A DNA stretch of 64,000 nt from an uncultured Gemmatimonadales bacterium (GTDB taxonomy: Bacteria > Gemmatimonadota > Gemmatimonadetes > Gemmatimonadales > GWC2-71-9): NCBI GenBank assembly GCA_963795085.1, contig CAWCFX010000004.1:608001-672000 (forward strand). Reading direction: 5' to 3'. Within the stretch, counting starts at the first letter, position 1. Each line of letters opens with the position of its first letter. Positions 9,898-19,221 of this stretch are shown piece after piece. Both the position numbers and the translations under genes were made by a program. The notes beneath the pieces were generated by a model that worked only from the letters and a program-made list of their open reading frames with translations, ran no database searches and was not told the origin of the DNA.

Positions 9898-10904
9898 CCA
9901 AGCGCGATTTCCTTGCCGTGGAAGACTGGTCGCCTGCCCAGATCACCGCCCTTCTCGACCTGGCCGACCGGGTCAAGCGGGGCGAGGTGAGCGGCGGCCT
10001 GGAGCGGAAGGTCATGTCGCTGGTGTTCATGGATCCGAGCCTGCGGACCCGGGCCAGTTTCGAGGCGGCGATGTTCCTGCATGGCGGGCACGCCATTGTG
10101 TTGGAGCCGGGCAAGGGCAGCTGGACCCTGGAGACGGAGCCGGGCGCGGTCATGGACGGCGCCTCGGTCGAGCATATCGCCGATGCGGCCCGGGTGCTGG
10201 GGCGCTATGCCGACGTTGTCGGCGTGCGGAGCTTTCCCCGGGGGAGCGACTGGCAGGTGGCCCGCCAGGACCGGGTCATCCGCAACTTCGCCCGCTACTG
10301 CGAGAAGCCGGTGATCAACCTCGAGTCCTCGCGGCGGCACCCCTGCCAGGAGCTGGCGGACGCGATGACGCTGCGGGAGACCCTGGGGGATACCCGCGGC
10401 AAGCGCTTCGTGCTGAGCTGGGCCTGGCACCCCAAGGCCCTCCCGACGGCGGTGCCGGTGAGCGCCGCGCTGGCCGCGGCCCGGCTGGGTATGGAAATCG
10501 TGATCGCGCGGCCCGAAGGGTATGAGCTGGATCCGGATGATACCGCGCTCATCCGGCAGGTCACCCGGGAGTCCGGCGGCCAGGCGGTCCACATCATCAA
10601 CGACCCCGATGAAGCGCTGGTGGGTGCCGACGCGGTCTATGTCAAATCATGGGGCTCGTTGAAGCTGTACGGAAAACCCGACGAGGAGCAGGCCCTCCGC
10701 CACGGCCACCGTGACTGGAAGCTGACCGAGTCCCGCCGCCGCTCCAGCCGGGGAAGCAAGGGAGTCGTGATGCATTGCCTGCCGGTGCGGCGTAACGTGG
10801 AGATCGACGACGAAGTCCTCGACGGTCCCCACTCGGTGGTGGTGGACCAGGCCGAAAACCGGCTCCATGTCCAGCGGGCGCTCCTGCTGGAGATGCTCCG
10901 ATGA
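9894..10904 (+). CDS. argF: N-acylornithine carbamoyltransferase (ArgF' type, probably N-succinylornithine-specific)
   Basis: PSLRTR, HPCQ, HCLP; ArgF'-specific WTLETEPGAVMDG and WAWHPKALP loops. Confidence 0.92.
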   Translation: MTKRDFLAVEDWSPAQITALLDLADRVKRGEVSGGLERKVMSLVFMDPSLRTRASFEAAMFLHGGHAIVLEPGKGSWTLETEPGAVMDGASVEHIADAARVLGRYADVVGVRSFPRGSDWQVARQDRVIRNFARYCEKPVINLESSRRHPCQELADAMTLRETLGDTRGKRFVLSWAWHPKALPTAVPVSAALAAARLGMEIVIARPEGYELDPDDTALIRQVTRESGGQAVHIINDPDEALVGADAVYVKSWGSLKLYGKPDEEQALRHGHRDWKLTESRRRSSRGSKGVVMHCLPVRRNVEIDDEVLDGPHSVVVDQAENRLHVQRALLLEMLR

Positions 10905-10966
10905 GCGGCCGGCCGGGTGGGGTGCCGGGGACGGCGGGGCGGAAAACCGATACCGGAGAGACCAGG

Positions 10967-11899
10967 GTGATCGATTCAGCGAAGGGGGTGGTGGGACTCA
11001 AGGGCGCGTTGCGGTACGTGCGGGCCTACCGGGACAATATCTTCGTGCTCAAGCTGGGCGGAGACGTGGCGGGCGAGAGCGATACGCTGGACCATGTCGC
11101 CGCGCAGGTCGCCCTGCTTTCGTCCCTGGGCATCAAGCTGGTCATCGTGCACGGCGGCGGCCCCCAGGCCACCCGGGTGAGCCGCCGGCTGGGATTCGAG
11201 CCGCGGATGGTGAACGGCCGCCGGGTGACCGACGATTCCGCGCTGGAAGTGGCCAAGATGGTGTACGCCGGCACCATCAACGTGGACGTCGTGGCGGCCC
11301 TGCGGAGCCACGAAGTCCAGGCGGTGGGCCTCTCCGGCGTGGACGCCGACCTGCTGACCGCGCACCGGCGCCCACCGGTGACGGTGGCCACCGCCGGAGG
11401 GGGCAGCGAACTGGTGGACTACGGCCATGTCGGTGATCTCGACGGGGTGGATCCGCGGGTCCTGCACACCCTGCTGGCCGGCCGGTTCGTCCCCGTCATC
11501 GCCAGCCTGGCCGGCGACCAGGACGGCAACATCTTCAACGTCAACGCCGACACCGTGGCCGAGTCGCTGGCGGTATCACTCCAGGCCCAGAAACTCATCT
11601 TTCTCACTGGCGCGCCCGGTATTCTCCGGGACCGGAACGACGACTCGACCCTGGTCGCCTTTGCCGATCCGGAAGAGCTGGGCGCCCTGATGGCCGCCGG
11701 CGCGATCCAGGGCGGCATGCTGCCCAAGGTCGAAGCGTGCATCCGCGCGGCGACCAACGGGGTCGAGCGGACCCACATCATCGGCGGGAAGGGCACCGAC
11801 GCGCTGCTGCTGGAGGTGTTCACCGGGGCCGGGTGCGGCACCATGATCGTGGGGCGCAAGGAAAAGGCCGCCTATCTCGATGTCGATCTCGCCGACTGA
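10967..11899 (+). CDS. argB: Acylglutamate kinase
   Basis: VLKLGG, VHGGGPQ, GRRVTD, NVNAD, GGMLPK; GTG start with GGAG SD. Confidence 0.95.
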   Translation: MIDSAKGVVGLKGALRYVRAYRDNIFVLKLGGDVAGESDTLDHVAAQVALLSSLGIKLVIVHGGGPQATRVSRRLGFEPRMVNGRRVTDDSALEVAKMVYAGTINVDVVAALRSHEVQAVGLSGVDADLLTAHRRPPVTVATAGGGSELVDYGHVGDLDGVDPRVLHTLLAGRFVPVIASLAGDQDGNIFNVNADTVAESLAVSLQAQKLIFLTGAPGILRDRNDDSTLVAFADPEELGALMAAGAIQGGMLPKVEACIRAATNGVERTHIIGGKGTDALLLEVFTGAGCGTMIVGRKEKAAYLDVDLAD

Positions 11900-12962
11900 G
11901 ATCGCGCTGCTCCGCGACCTGGTCGCCACCCCTTCGGTCAGCGGGACCGAAGAGGCGGCCGGTCAGCTGGTGGAGACGGTCGCCCGGCAATGGGGTCTCG
12001 ACGTGGTGCGCGATGATGCCGGGGTGCGGATCGAAGTGGATTTCGGGGGCGGCGGGCCTACCCTCGCCCTGGTCAGCCATCTCGACGTGGTACCGCCGGG
12101 CGAAGGATGGACCCGCGATCCGTTCACCCCGGTGGTCGAGAACGGCCGCCTGTACGGGCGCGGCTCCGGCGACGCCAAGGCCTCGGTCGCGGCGATGCTG
12201 ACGGCGGCGCGGGACACGGCGGGGGATCGCTCCGGTGCCGCCGGGCGGCTGCTGGTCCTCCTGGGGTACGGCGAAGAGACCCACGACACCACGATGGCGG
12301 AAGCCGTACGCCGGTCCGGAACCATCGATGCGGCGGTGATCGGTGAGCCAACCAATCTCGAGGTCGCGGTAGCCCAGCGGGGCCTGCTGATGATCGACCT
12401 GGTGGCCCGGGGCAGCCAGCGACACGCCGCCTATGCCGGAGACGGCACCTTCACCAATGCCCTCGAGGTGCTGGCCCGGGACCTCGGCGCGCTGGGCGCC
12501 CTCTGCCGCGACCGGCCCCACCCGGTGCTCGGCCATCCCACGATCACCCCGACGATGGTCAGCGCCGGGGTGAGCCGCAACGTCACTCCGCCGACGGCCA
12601 CCGCGATCCTCGATGTGCGCAGCACGCCGAACTGGACCCATGAAGAGCTGGCAGAGGCTATCACGCTGGTCGTGAAATCGGAGGTCGTGGTGACGTCGGA
12701 CCGGCTGGTGCCCTGCGAGACTCCGGCGCCCTCGCGCCTCCTCGAGGCGGCGCTGGAGGTCCGGCCCGGGGCGGGGCGCTACGGCAGTCCTACCTGTTCG
12801 GACTGGGTCTTTCTCCGGCACGTGGACGCCTTCAAGTGTGGCCCGGGCACCAGCAAGGTTTCGCACACGCCGGACGAATGGGTCGCCCTGGCCGAGGTGA
12901 CCGAGGCGAGGTCATTCTACGGCAGGCTGGTGAAGACTTACCTCAATGCGGCGGCCCGATGA
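11880..12962 (+). CDS. argE: M20 deacylase (ArgE-like; acyl-citrulline deacylase in an ArgF' pathway)
   Basis: SHLDVVP, GRGSGDAK, GEE, IGEPT, HTPDE. Confidence 0.88.
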   Translation: MSISPTEIALLRDLVATPSVSGTEEAAGQLVETVARQWGLDVVRDDAGVRIEVDFGGGGPTLALVSHLDVVPPGEGWTRDPFTPVVENGRLYGRGSGDAKASVAAMLTAARDTAGDRSGAAGRLLVLLGYGEETHDTTMAEAVRRSGTIDAAVIGEPTNLEVAVAQRGLLMIDLVARGSQRHAAYAGDGTFTNALEVLARDLGALGALCRDRPHPVLGHPTITPTMVSAGVSRNVTPPTATAILDVRSTPNWTHEELAEAITLVVKSEVVVTSDRLVPCETPAPSRLLEAALEVRPGAGRYGSPTCSDWVFLRHVDAFKCGPGTSKVSHTPDEWVALAEVTEARSFYGRLVKTYLNAAAR

Positions 12963-14347
12963 AACCTGCACCGAAGCGGCCTACCCTGTGGGCCGCCCAT
13001 GCCACGCCGGACCCGGCCATGCTGGCCTACACCGCGGGCTCCGACCAGGCCTGGGATGCCCGGCTGCTGCCCTGGGACATCCTCGGCAGCCTGGGCCACG
13101 TCGAAGGCCTCGCCGCCTCCCGCCTGATCACCGGGCCTGACCGGGTCCGGCTGCAGCGGGCGCTGCGGTCCGCGCTGCGCGCCGCGGACCGAGGGTCGTT
13201 GGCGCTCGCGCCGGGCGACGAAGACGTCCACACCGCGGTGGAGAACTGGCTGACGGCCAGGTTCGGCCGGGTGGGCGAGATGGTCCATGCGGGCCGCTCC
13301 CGCAACGACCAGGTCGCTTGCGACTTGCGGCTCTACCTCAAAGCCCGGGTGCTCGCGCTGCATGCCCGGGGCCGGGGCGTGGTGCGCCAGCTGCTCGCCT
13401 TTGCCGCCCGGGAGCGGCGCTCGCTCTGGCCGGGCTACACCCACACCCGCCGGGCGATGCCCTCATCCGCGGCGCTCTGGGCGGCGGGGATCGCCGAGGG
13501 GTTGCTGGAAACGCTCGACGCGGCGCCGGCGTTGTGGGGACAGGTGGATCGTTCGCCCCTGGGGAGCGCGGCGGGGTATGGCGTCCCTCTCCCGTTGAAC
13601 CGGGAGGCCGCGGCGCGCGCGCTCGGATTCGGCGGACTCGACCACGCGGTGACCAGCACCCAGAACAGCCGCGGCCGCATCGAAGCGGCGGCGCTCTTCT
13701 GGTGCGCGCAGATTGCCCACGAGCTGGCCCGGTTGTCGGCGGACGTGATTCTCTTCAGCGCGGAAGAGTTCGGCTTCCTGGAGCTTCCCGCCGCGTTCGC
13801 GACCGGTTCCAGCATCATGCCCCACAAGAAGAACCCCGACCTGTTCGAAGTGACCCGGGCCCGCGCCGGGCTGGTCGAGGGTGACCTGGCTTCCGTGCTG
13901 GCCGTTCGGGGCAAGCTGACCAGCGGCTATCATCGCGACTACCAGCTGCTGAAGGAGCCGCTCTTCCGGGGGCTCGACCGGACGGAGGAAATGCTCGCCA
14001 TGCTGGAGCGGGTGATTCCGGCGCTGGTCGTCGCGCGCGGCCGGGCCCGCGCCGCGGTCTCCGGCGACCTGCTGGCGACCGACGAAGTCATGCGGCGGGT
14101 GGAGCGGGGGACGCCGTTCCGCCGGGCTTACCGCGAGGTCGCGCGCCTGCTGGCGGACGGCGAGCCGCCCGAGTCCGCGTCTCCCGGCGCGGTGCTCGCG
14201 CGGCGGCGTTCCACCGGCGGGATTGGGAATCCGGGCCTGCCGGTGCTGGCCCGAAGGCTCCGCGCCCGGGAGCAGTGGGAGAACCGGGAACGCACGCGGT
14301 TCTTCACCGCCATGACCCGGCTGGCCGGACGGAGGGTGGGTGAGTAG
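12959..14347 (+). CDS. argH: Argininosuccinate lyase
   Basis: EDVH, GRSRNDQV, PGYTH, TGSSIMPHKKNPD. Confidence 0.96.
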   Translation: MKPAPKRPTLWAAHATPDPAMLAYTAGSDQAWDARLLPWDILGSLGHVEGLAASRLITGPDRVRLQRALRSALRAADRGSLALAPGDEDVHTAVENWLTARFGRVGEMVHAGRSRNDQVACDLRLYLKARVLALHARGRGVVRQLLAFAARERRSLWPGYTHTRRAMPSSAALWAAGIAEGLLETLDAAPALWGQVDRSPLGSAAGYGVPLPLNREAAARALGFGGLDHAVTSTQNSRGRIEAAALFWCAQIAHELARLSADVILFSAEEFGFLELPAAFATGSSIMPHKKNPDLFEVTRARAGLVEGDLASVLAVRGKLTSGYHRDYQLLKEPLFRGLDRTEEMLAMLERVIPALVVARGRARAAVSGDLLATDEVMRRVERGTPFRRAYREVARLLADGEPPESASPGAVLARRRSTGGIGNPGLPVLARRLRAREQWENRERTRFFTAMTRLAGRRVGE

Positions 14348-14780
14348 CGAACGGAGGAAACGGCATCTTCGCATCCTGGAGCTGATCACCACGCGCCCGG
14401 TCCGCACCCAGGACGAACTCGCCGCGGCGCTGTCGTCCGAAGGATGGAAAGTCACCCAGTCGAGCGTGAGCCGGGATATCGCCGTGCTGGGCCTGGTCAA
14501 GTCGGGGGGGGCCTATCGCCGGGGCCTGCCCCGGGTCCCGGCCGACCCCGACGAGCAGCGCATCAGCGAGGGCGTGCTTTCGGTGGAACGGGCCGGTGAT
14601 GCGTTGCTGGTGGTGCACACCCCGCCCGGGGAGGCCAACCGGGTGGCCGTGGCCCTGGACCGGCTGGCGTGGAACGATGTCATGGGCACCATTGCCGGCG
14701 ACGACACCCTCTTCATCGCGGTGCGGGACCGGGCCAGCCAGACCCGGGTCCACCGGCAGCTGACCAAGATGAGTCCCTGA
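14340..14780 (+). CDS. argR: Arginine repressor
   Basis: TQDEL, VTQSSVSRDI, GTIAGDDT. Confidence 0.96.
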   Translation: MSSERRKRHLRILELITTRPVRTQDELAAALSSEGWKVTQSSVSRDIAVLGLVKSGGAYRRGLPRVPADPDEQRISEGVLSVERAGDALLVVHTPPGEANRVAVALDRLAWNDVMGTIAGDDTLFIAVRDRASQTRVHRQLTKMSP

Positions 14781-14909
14781 CCTGTTGTCCCATAAGGCCT
14801 TACAAGATCCTTCCCCGACCTCATGATTCCTCGCTGACCTGCCGATAATCCTGGTATTCCCGGGCCCTTCCCCCCCCTCGCCCGGAAAGCCGCCGCATCC
14901 GGTGCAGTC

Positions 14910-17411
14910 ATGGCGCTCTTCAGCGGGATCGACATCGCGAACATTCGTGGCAGTATCCGGGGACGGCTCACGCTGATGGCGGCGGCCGTGGTCGCCGCCT
15001 TTCTGCTGCTGTCCATCTCGGAGAGTTACGCGGTCCGGCTGATTCTCCACCGGGTGGAGGCGGACGGCCTGGCCCGCCGGCTGCACTACGCTCAGCGGTT
15101 TTTTGCCCGCCGGGCGGAGACCAAGGCCAACCTCATCAGTGAATTCGCGTTCTGGAATGACACCTGGCGGGCCGTCGAAGCCCCCCACAGCCTCGAATCG
15201 CGCACCCATATCCGGGAGAATTTTCTGGAGTGGCTGCCCCAGCGCTACGGGGAGCGCCTGGTCGAACTGTGGGACAAGGATCGAACGCCGGTCTGGCGCT
15301 GGGCCGATACCGCGATGGTCGGGCTCCAGCCGGGGTTCGACTGGACGGCGCTGTTCGACCGGCTGGATTCCAGCCGGCTGGGCGGCGGGTACCTCCAGAC
15401 TCCGCGGGGCGTCATGCTGGTGTCGGCCGGGGTGATCCTGCGGGAGTGGGATATTACGCTCAAGGGCCCCACCAACGGATACCTGGTCGCCGCCGAGCCC
15501 ATCGATTCTGCCCGGCTCCGCCGGTTCGAGTATGAACTGCAGGAGTCGATTGCCCTCGAGCCGCTGCCGGCCGGCTGGGTTGGTGATTCGGTGCGGATGG
15601 ACGTGGCCGGCGACCAGGCGCAAGCCACCTTCCCCCTCATGGGATTCGACGGACGCCCGGCGGCCCTGGTGACGATCAGTTCACCCCGGGTGGTGAACCA
15701 GCAGCTGGCGCTCTGGACGACGGTGCTCATTGCCGTCACCATGGTGGTGGGTGTGGTGGTGCTCGGTGTGCTCTGGCGGGCGGGCCACCGGCTGGTGGTG
15801 CGGCCGCTGGGCGAGATCGGCGAGAAGCTGGAAAACATGGAACGGGCGGGGGATCTCTCCCGGATCGAAACCTCTCCCCCGACCCGGGAATGGGGGCTCT
15901 TCGTCTCGGCCTTCAATCGCACCATCGACGCGCTCAAGAGCTCGGAGCGCCGGTATCGCGTCCTCTTCGACCATGCCGCGGACGCCCACCTGCTGCTGGA
16001 CGCCAAGACCCAGACCATCCTGGAAGCCAACCCGGCCGCGGAGCAACTGGCCGGGCGGGACCGCCACGCCCTGATCGGGCGGCCCTTCTCGACGGTGGTC
16101 AAGCTGGAACCTTCGGGCTCGCGGGACGGGACCTTTCGACTCCGGCGCCCCGATGGAACTCAGCTCATCGTCGGGGTGGCGACCGCGGAACTGGAGATCG
16201 CCGGCGCCCCCCGTCAGCTGGCTTCGCTGCGCGACCTGACCCGTAACGAGGCCCTCTCCGCCCAGCTCCGGCAGGCCCAGAAAATGGAGGCCGTGGGCTC
16301 CCTCGCCGGCGGGATCGCCCACGACTTCAACAACCTGCTGGGAGCGGTCATCATGGCCTCCTCCACGCTGAAGGAGGAGGTCGCCGGCAACCCGGCGGCC
16401 GCTGAATCCATCCAGACGATCGAACAGGCCTCCCAGCGGGCCGCCGAACTCACCCGGCGCCTGCTCAGTTTTGCCCGGCGGGAGCAGACCGTCAGCGCCC
16501 CGGTCGCGATGAACGAAGTAGTCCAGAACGTGGTGCGGCTGTGCGAGCGGACCTTCAACCGGGTAATCCGGATCGAGGTTGAACTCGATGACCCGCTGCC
16601 CCCGGTCTCCGGTGATGCCGGCCAGCTGGAGCAGGCGCTCCTGAATCTCTGCATCAACTCGCGGGACGCGATGCCACAGGGTGGCATCATCCGCATCGTG
16701 ACCCGGACCAGAAAGGTCTCTATCCGCGAGCCGGCGCACACCAGCGACCTGGAACCCGGTTCCTACGTGACCGTCTCGGTGAGCGACACCGGGTTCGGGC
16801 TGACCCAGCAGGCGGAGCAGCACCTGTTCGAGCCGTTTTTCACCACCAAGGGCCAGGGCAAAGGCACCGGGCTTGGCCTCGCGATGGTCTATGGGATGGT
16901 TCGGGCGCACGGCGGAGCGATCGTGGTTCGCAACCGGCCGGGACAGGGAGTGGAGTTCGAGGTCTTTCTGCCGATGAGACCGGACGGCGCCCTGGAACCG
17001 GCGCATACGCTGACCAGCGGCCCGGCCCGGGGGGAGGAGCGGCTGTTGCTCATCGACGACGAGGCGGCTCTGCGCCGATCAATGGCCCGGGCGCTGACCC
17101 GGCTCGGCTATCACGTGGCGGTGGCGGAGAACGGCGCCCAGGGAGCCCGGATGGTGCAGGAGGATCCCGAGGCGTATGACCTGGTGATCCTCGACATGGT
17201 CATGCCCGAAATGGGCGGAGCCGAAGCGTTCCACGTCATCCGGCAGATCCGGCCTGACATGCGCATCCTGGTGTGCTCCGGGTATTCCGCCGACGAAGAA
17301 CGCAACGAGTTGATACGGGACGGCGCATCCGGGTTCCTGCAGAAGCCCTTCGACACCGTCACTCTCACCGGCGCGATCCGGGAGATCCTGGACGGGGTGC
17401 GTTTGGCCTGA
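14910..17411 (+). CDS. Hybrid sensor histidine kinase (CHASE4-like, HAMP, PAS, HisKA, HATPase, REC)
   Basis: Two TMs, AFWNDT, AHDFNN, FFTTK, GTGLGL, C-terminal receiver LDMVMP. Confidence 0.92.
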   Translation: MALFSGIDIANIRGSIRGRLTLMAAAVVAAFLLLSISESYAVRLILHRVEADGLARRLHYAQRFFARRAETKANLISEFAFWNDTWRAVEAPHSLESRTHIRENFLEWLPQRYGERLVELWDKDRTPVWRWADTAMVGLQPGFDWTALFDRLDSSRLGGGYLQTPRGVMLVSAGVILREWDITLKGPTNGYLVAAEPIDSARLRRFEYELQESIALEPLPAGWVGDSVRMDVAGDQAQATFPLMGFDGRPAALVTISSPRVVNQQLALWTTVLIAVTMVVGVVVLGVLWRAGHRLVVRPLGEIGEKLENMERAGDLSRIETSPPTREWGLFVSAFNRTIDALKSSERRYRVLFDHAADAHLLLDAKTQTILEANPAAEQLAGRDRHALIGRPFSTVVKLEPSGSRDGTFRLRRPDGTQLIVGVATAELEIAGAPRQLASLRDLTRNEALSAQLRQAQKMEAVGSLAGGIAHDFNNLLGAVIMASSTLKEEVAGNPAAAESIQTIEQASQRAAELTRRLLSFARREQTVSAPVAMNEVVQNVVRLCERTFNRVIRIEVELDDPLPPVSGDAGQLEQALLNLCINSRDAMPQGGIIRIVTRTRKVSIREPAHTSDLEPGSYVTVSVSDTGFGLTQQAEQHLFEPFFTTKGQGKGTGLGLAMVYGMVRAHGGAIVVRNRPGQGVEFEVFLPMRPDGALEPAHTLTSGPARGEERLLLIDDEAALRRSMARALTRLGYHVAVAENGAQGARMVQEDPEAYDLVILDMVMPEMGGAEAFHVIRQIRPDMRILVCSGYSADEERNELIRDGASGFLQKPFDTVTLTGAIREILDGVRLA

Positions 17412-19083
17412 CGCCCGCCTGGGGCCGGTACCCGGCTCCGCGCACGACCCGGCCGGGCCGCGCGCCGGTGTGCTCCCCGTCCTTGAGCACCTGCACGCCG
17501 TTCACGAATACATGGACCATGCCGGTCGCGAACTGCTGCGGCCGTTCGAAGGTAGCATGATCGCGGATCTGCTCCGAATCGAAAATCGCGAGATCGGCAA
17601 ACCGGCCCGGCGCCAGGGCACCCCGCCGGGCGATTCCCAGGTTTTGCGCCGGGAGGACGGTGAGCCGGCGGACCGCCTCGGCCAGTGAGATCAGGCCTTC
17701 GTCCCGCACGTAGCGGCCCAGCACGCGGGCGAAATTGCCATAGGCCCGGGGATGCGTGGATGAGCGCAGGAACACTCCCTCGGGCGCCTGGGAACTGGCG
17801 TCCGACCCGAAACTCACCCAGGGCAGCGCGATCGCCTTCCGTACGTTCTCCTCCGACATCAGGAAGAACACGCAATCCACCCGGCTGTCGTCCTGGATTA
17901 CCAGGTCCATCGCGGTTTCCTCGGGAGAAGTGCCCCGGAGGGCGGCGACCTCGGCCAGGGTCTTTCCGGTCAGGTACTTGAGGCTGTCCTGCCGGAACCC
18001 CACCAGCAGGATACCGGCGCCGCCGCCGGCGTTGATGAACATGTTGTCGAAGGCATTCCCTTCATTGCGCATTTCATCGGCCACCCGGGCCCGGATGGCG
18101 GGGTCCCTGAGCCGGGTCACCCAGGCTCGGTGGCCGCCCTCCTGCACCCAGGGCGGCATCGTCGCATCCAGCCCGGTGGAACCGGCCGGGTAGGTGTACA
18201 TGTCCGCCGTAATCTTGAGCCCGCTGGCCCGGGCATACTCGACCCGCGCAATGACGCTGTCCATCCGGGGCCAGTTGTGCCGCCCGCTGGCCTTGAGGTG
18301 ATAGATCTCGGCCGGCACCTCGGCTTCGCTCGCGATCGCGATGAGCTCGTTCACCGCTTCCAGCAGGCGGTTTCCCTCGTTCCTGATATGCGAGATGTAC
18401 ATGCCGCCGTGGTCCCCCGCGACTTCCGCCAGGGCGATCAATTCATCGGTGCGGGCGTAGGCGGCCGGCGCGTAGATGAGGGAGGACCCCACGCCGAGGG
18501 CTCCCTCCTCCATGGCGGCGCGGACGAGGGCTCGCATCCGATCCAGTTCTTCCGGGGTGGGGCGGCGGTTTTCATGTCCCAGCTCGTGGATCCGAACGGT
18601 GGTGGCGCCCACGAACGACGCCACGTTGGGCGAGATCCCCCGCTGCACCAGGTGGTCGAGATATTCCCCGAGGGTGGTCCAGGGCACGTCAAACTTGAGG
18701 TCGCCCTGGCTTTCGATCATGTCCCTGCGCATGGACTCGTTGATCGGGCCCATGGACCACCCTTCTCCGAACACCTCGAGGGTGACGCCCTGCCGGATAT
18801 CGCTGTGGGAGCGCCCATCTTCGAGCAGTGACTCGGTGGCCCAGCTCAGCATGTTGATGAAGCCGGGGGCCACCGCCAGCCCGCGGGCGCTGATTTCAGC
18901 GTCCCCGCGTCCGGTCACCCGCCCGATCGCCGCGATGGAATCGCCCCGAATCGCGACATCGCCCACGAAGGGCCGGCCGCCGGTGCCGTCATAGATGGTG
19001 CCGCCCCGGATAACCACATCGTAATCGGCCGGCGGAAGGGACGCGGTGAACCAGGGGAGCAGGAGGAGCAGGGCTCGGCGCAT
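17365..19083 (-). CDS. N-acyl-D-amino-acid deacylase family amidohydrolase, exported
   Basis: DVVIRGGTIYDGTG, APGFIN, SHIRNE, GSDA, HPRAYGNF, ADLAIFD; signal peptide. Confidence 0.9.
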   Translation of the reverse strand: MRRALLLLLPWFTASLPPADYDVVIRGGTIYDGTGGRPFVGDVAIRGDSIAAIGRVTGRGDAEISARGLAVAPGFINMLSWATESLLEDGRSHSDIRQGVTLEVFGEGWSMGPINESMRRDMIESQGDLKFDVPWTTLGEYLDHLVQRGISPNVASFVGATTVRIHELGHENRRPTPEELDRMRALVRAAMEEGALGVGSSLIYAPAAYARTDELIALAEVAGDHGGMYISHIRNEGNRLLEAVNELIAIASEAEVPAEIYHLKASGRHNWPRMDSVIARVEYARASGLKITADMYTYPAGSTGLDATMPPWVQEGGHRAWVTRLRDPAIRARVADEMRNEGNAFDNMFINAGGGAGILLVGFRQDSLKYLTGKTLAEVAALRGTSPEETAMDLVIQDDSRVDCVFFLMSEENVRKAIALPWVSFGSDASSQAPEGVFLRSSTHPRAYGNFARVLGRYVRDEGLISLAEAVRRLTVLPAQNLGIARRGALAPGRFADLAIFDSEQIRDHATFERPQQFATGMVHVFVNGVQVLKDGEHTGARPGRVVRGAGYRPQAGVRPNAPRPGSPGSRR

Positions 19084-19088
19084 GTCTC

Positions 19089-19167
19089 AAGGGGGCAAGA
19101 GGGTAAGGGGGCAAGAGGGCAAGAGGGCAAGAGGGCAAAGGGGCAAAGGGGCAAGGGGGCAAGGGGC
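19089..19167 (+). repeat. Tandem octamer repeat AA(G/A)(A/G)GGGC, about 10 units
   Basis: Read directly; on the minus strand its C-rich complement ends 5 nt before the deacylase start. Confidence 0.92.
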
Positions 19168-19187
19168 GCGTCAGACCCTCTGTCCTC

Positions 19188-19221
19188 CTCAGCTATGGCA
19201 CCATCTCAGCTATGGCACCAT
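19188..19221. repeat. Perfect 17-bp tandem duplication CTCAGCTATGGCACCAT x2
   Basis: Copies at 19188-19204 and 19205-19221; duplicates the last codons and stop of the adjacent gene. Confidence 0.9.

Noticed and set aside
4292..19167. Tandem repeats as a CRISPR array
   Set aside because: Units are 7-8 nt with no spacers, and no cas genes are present
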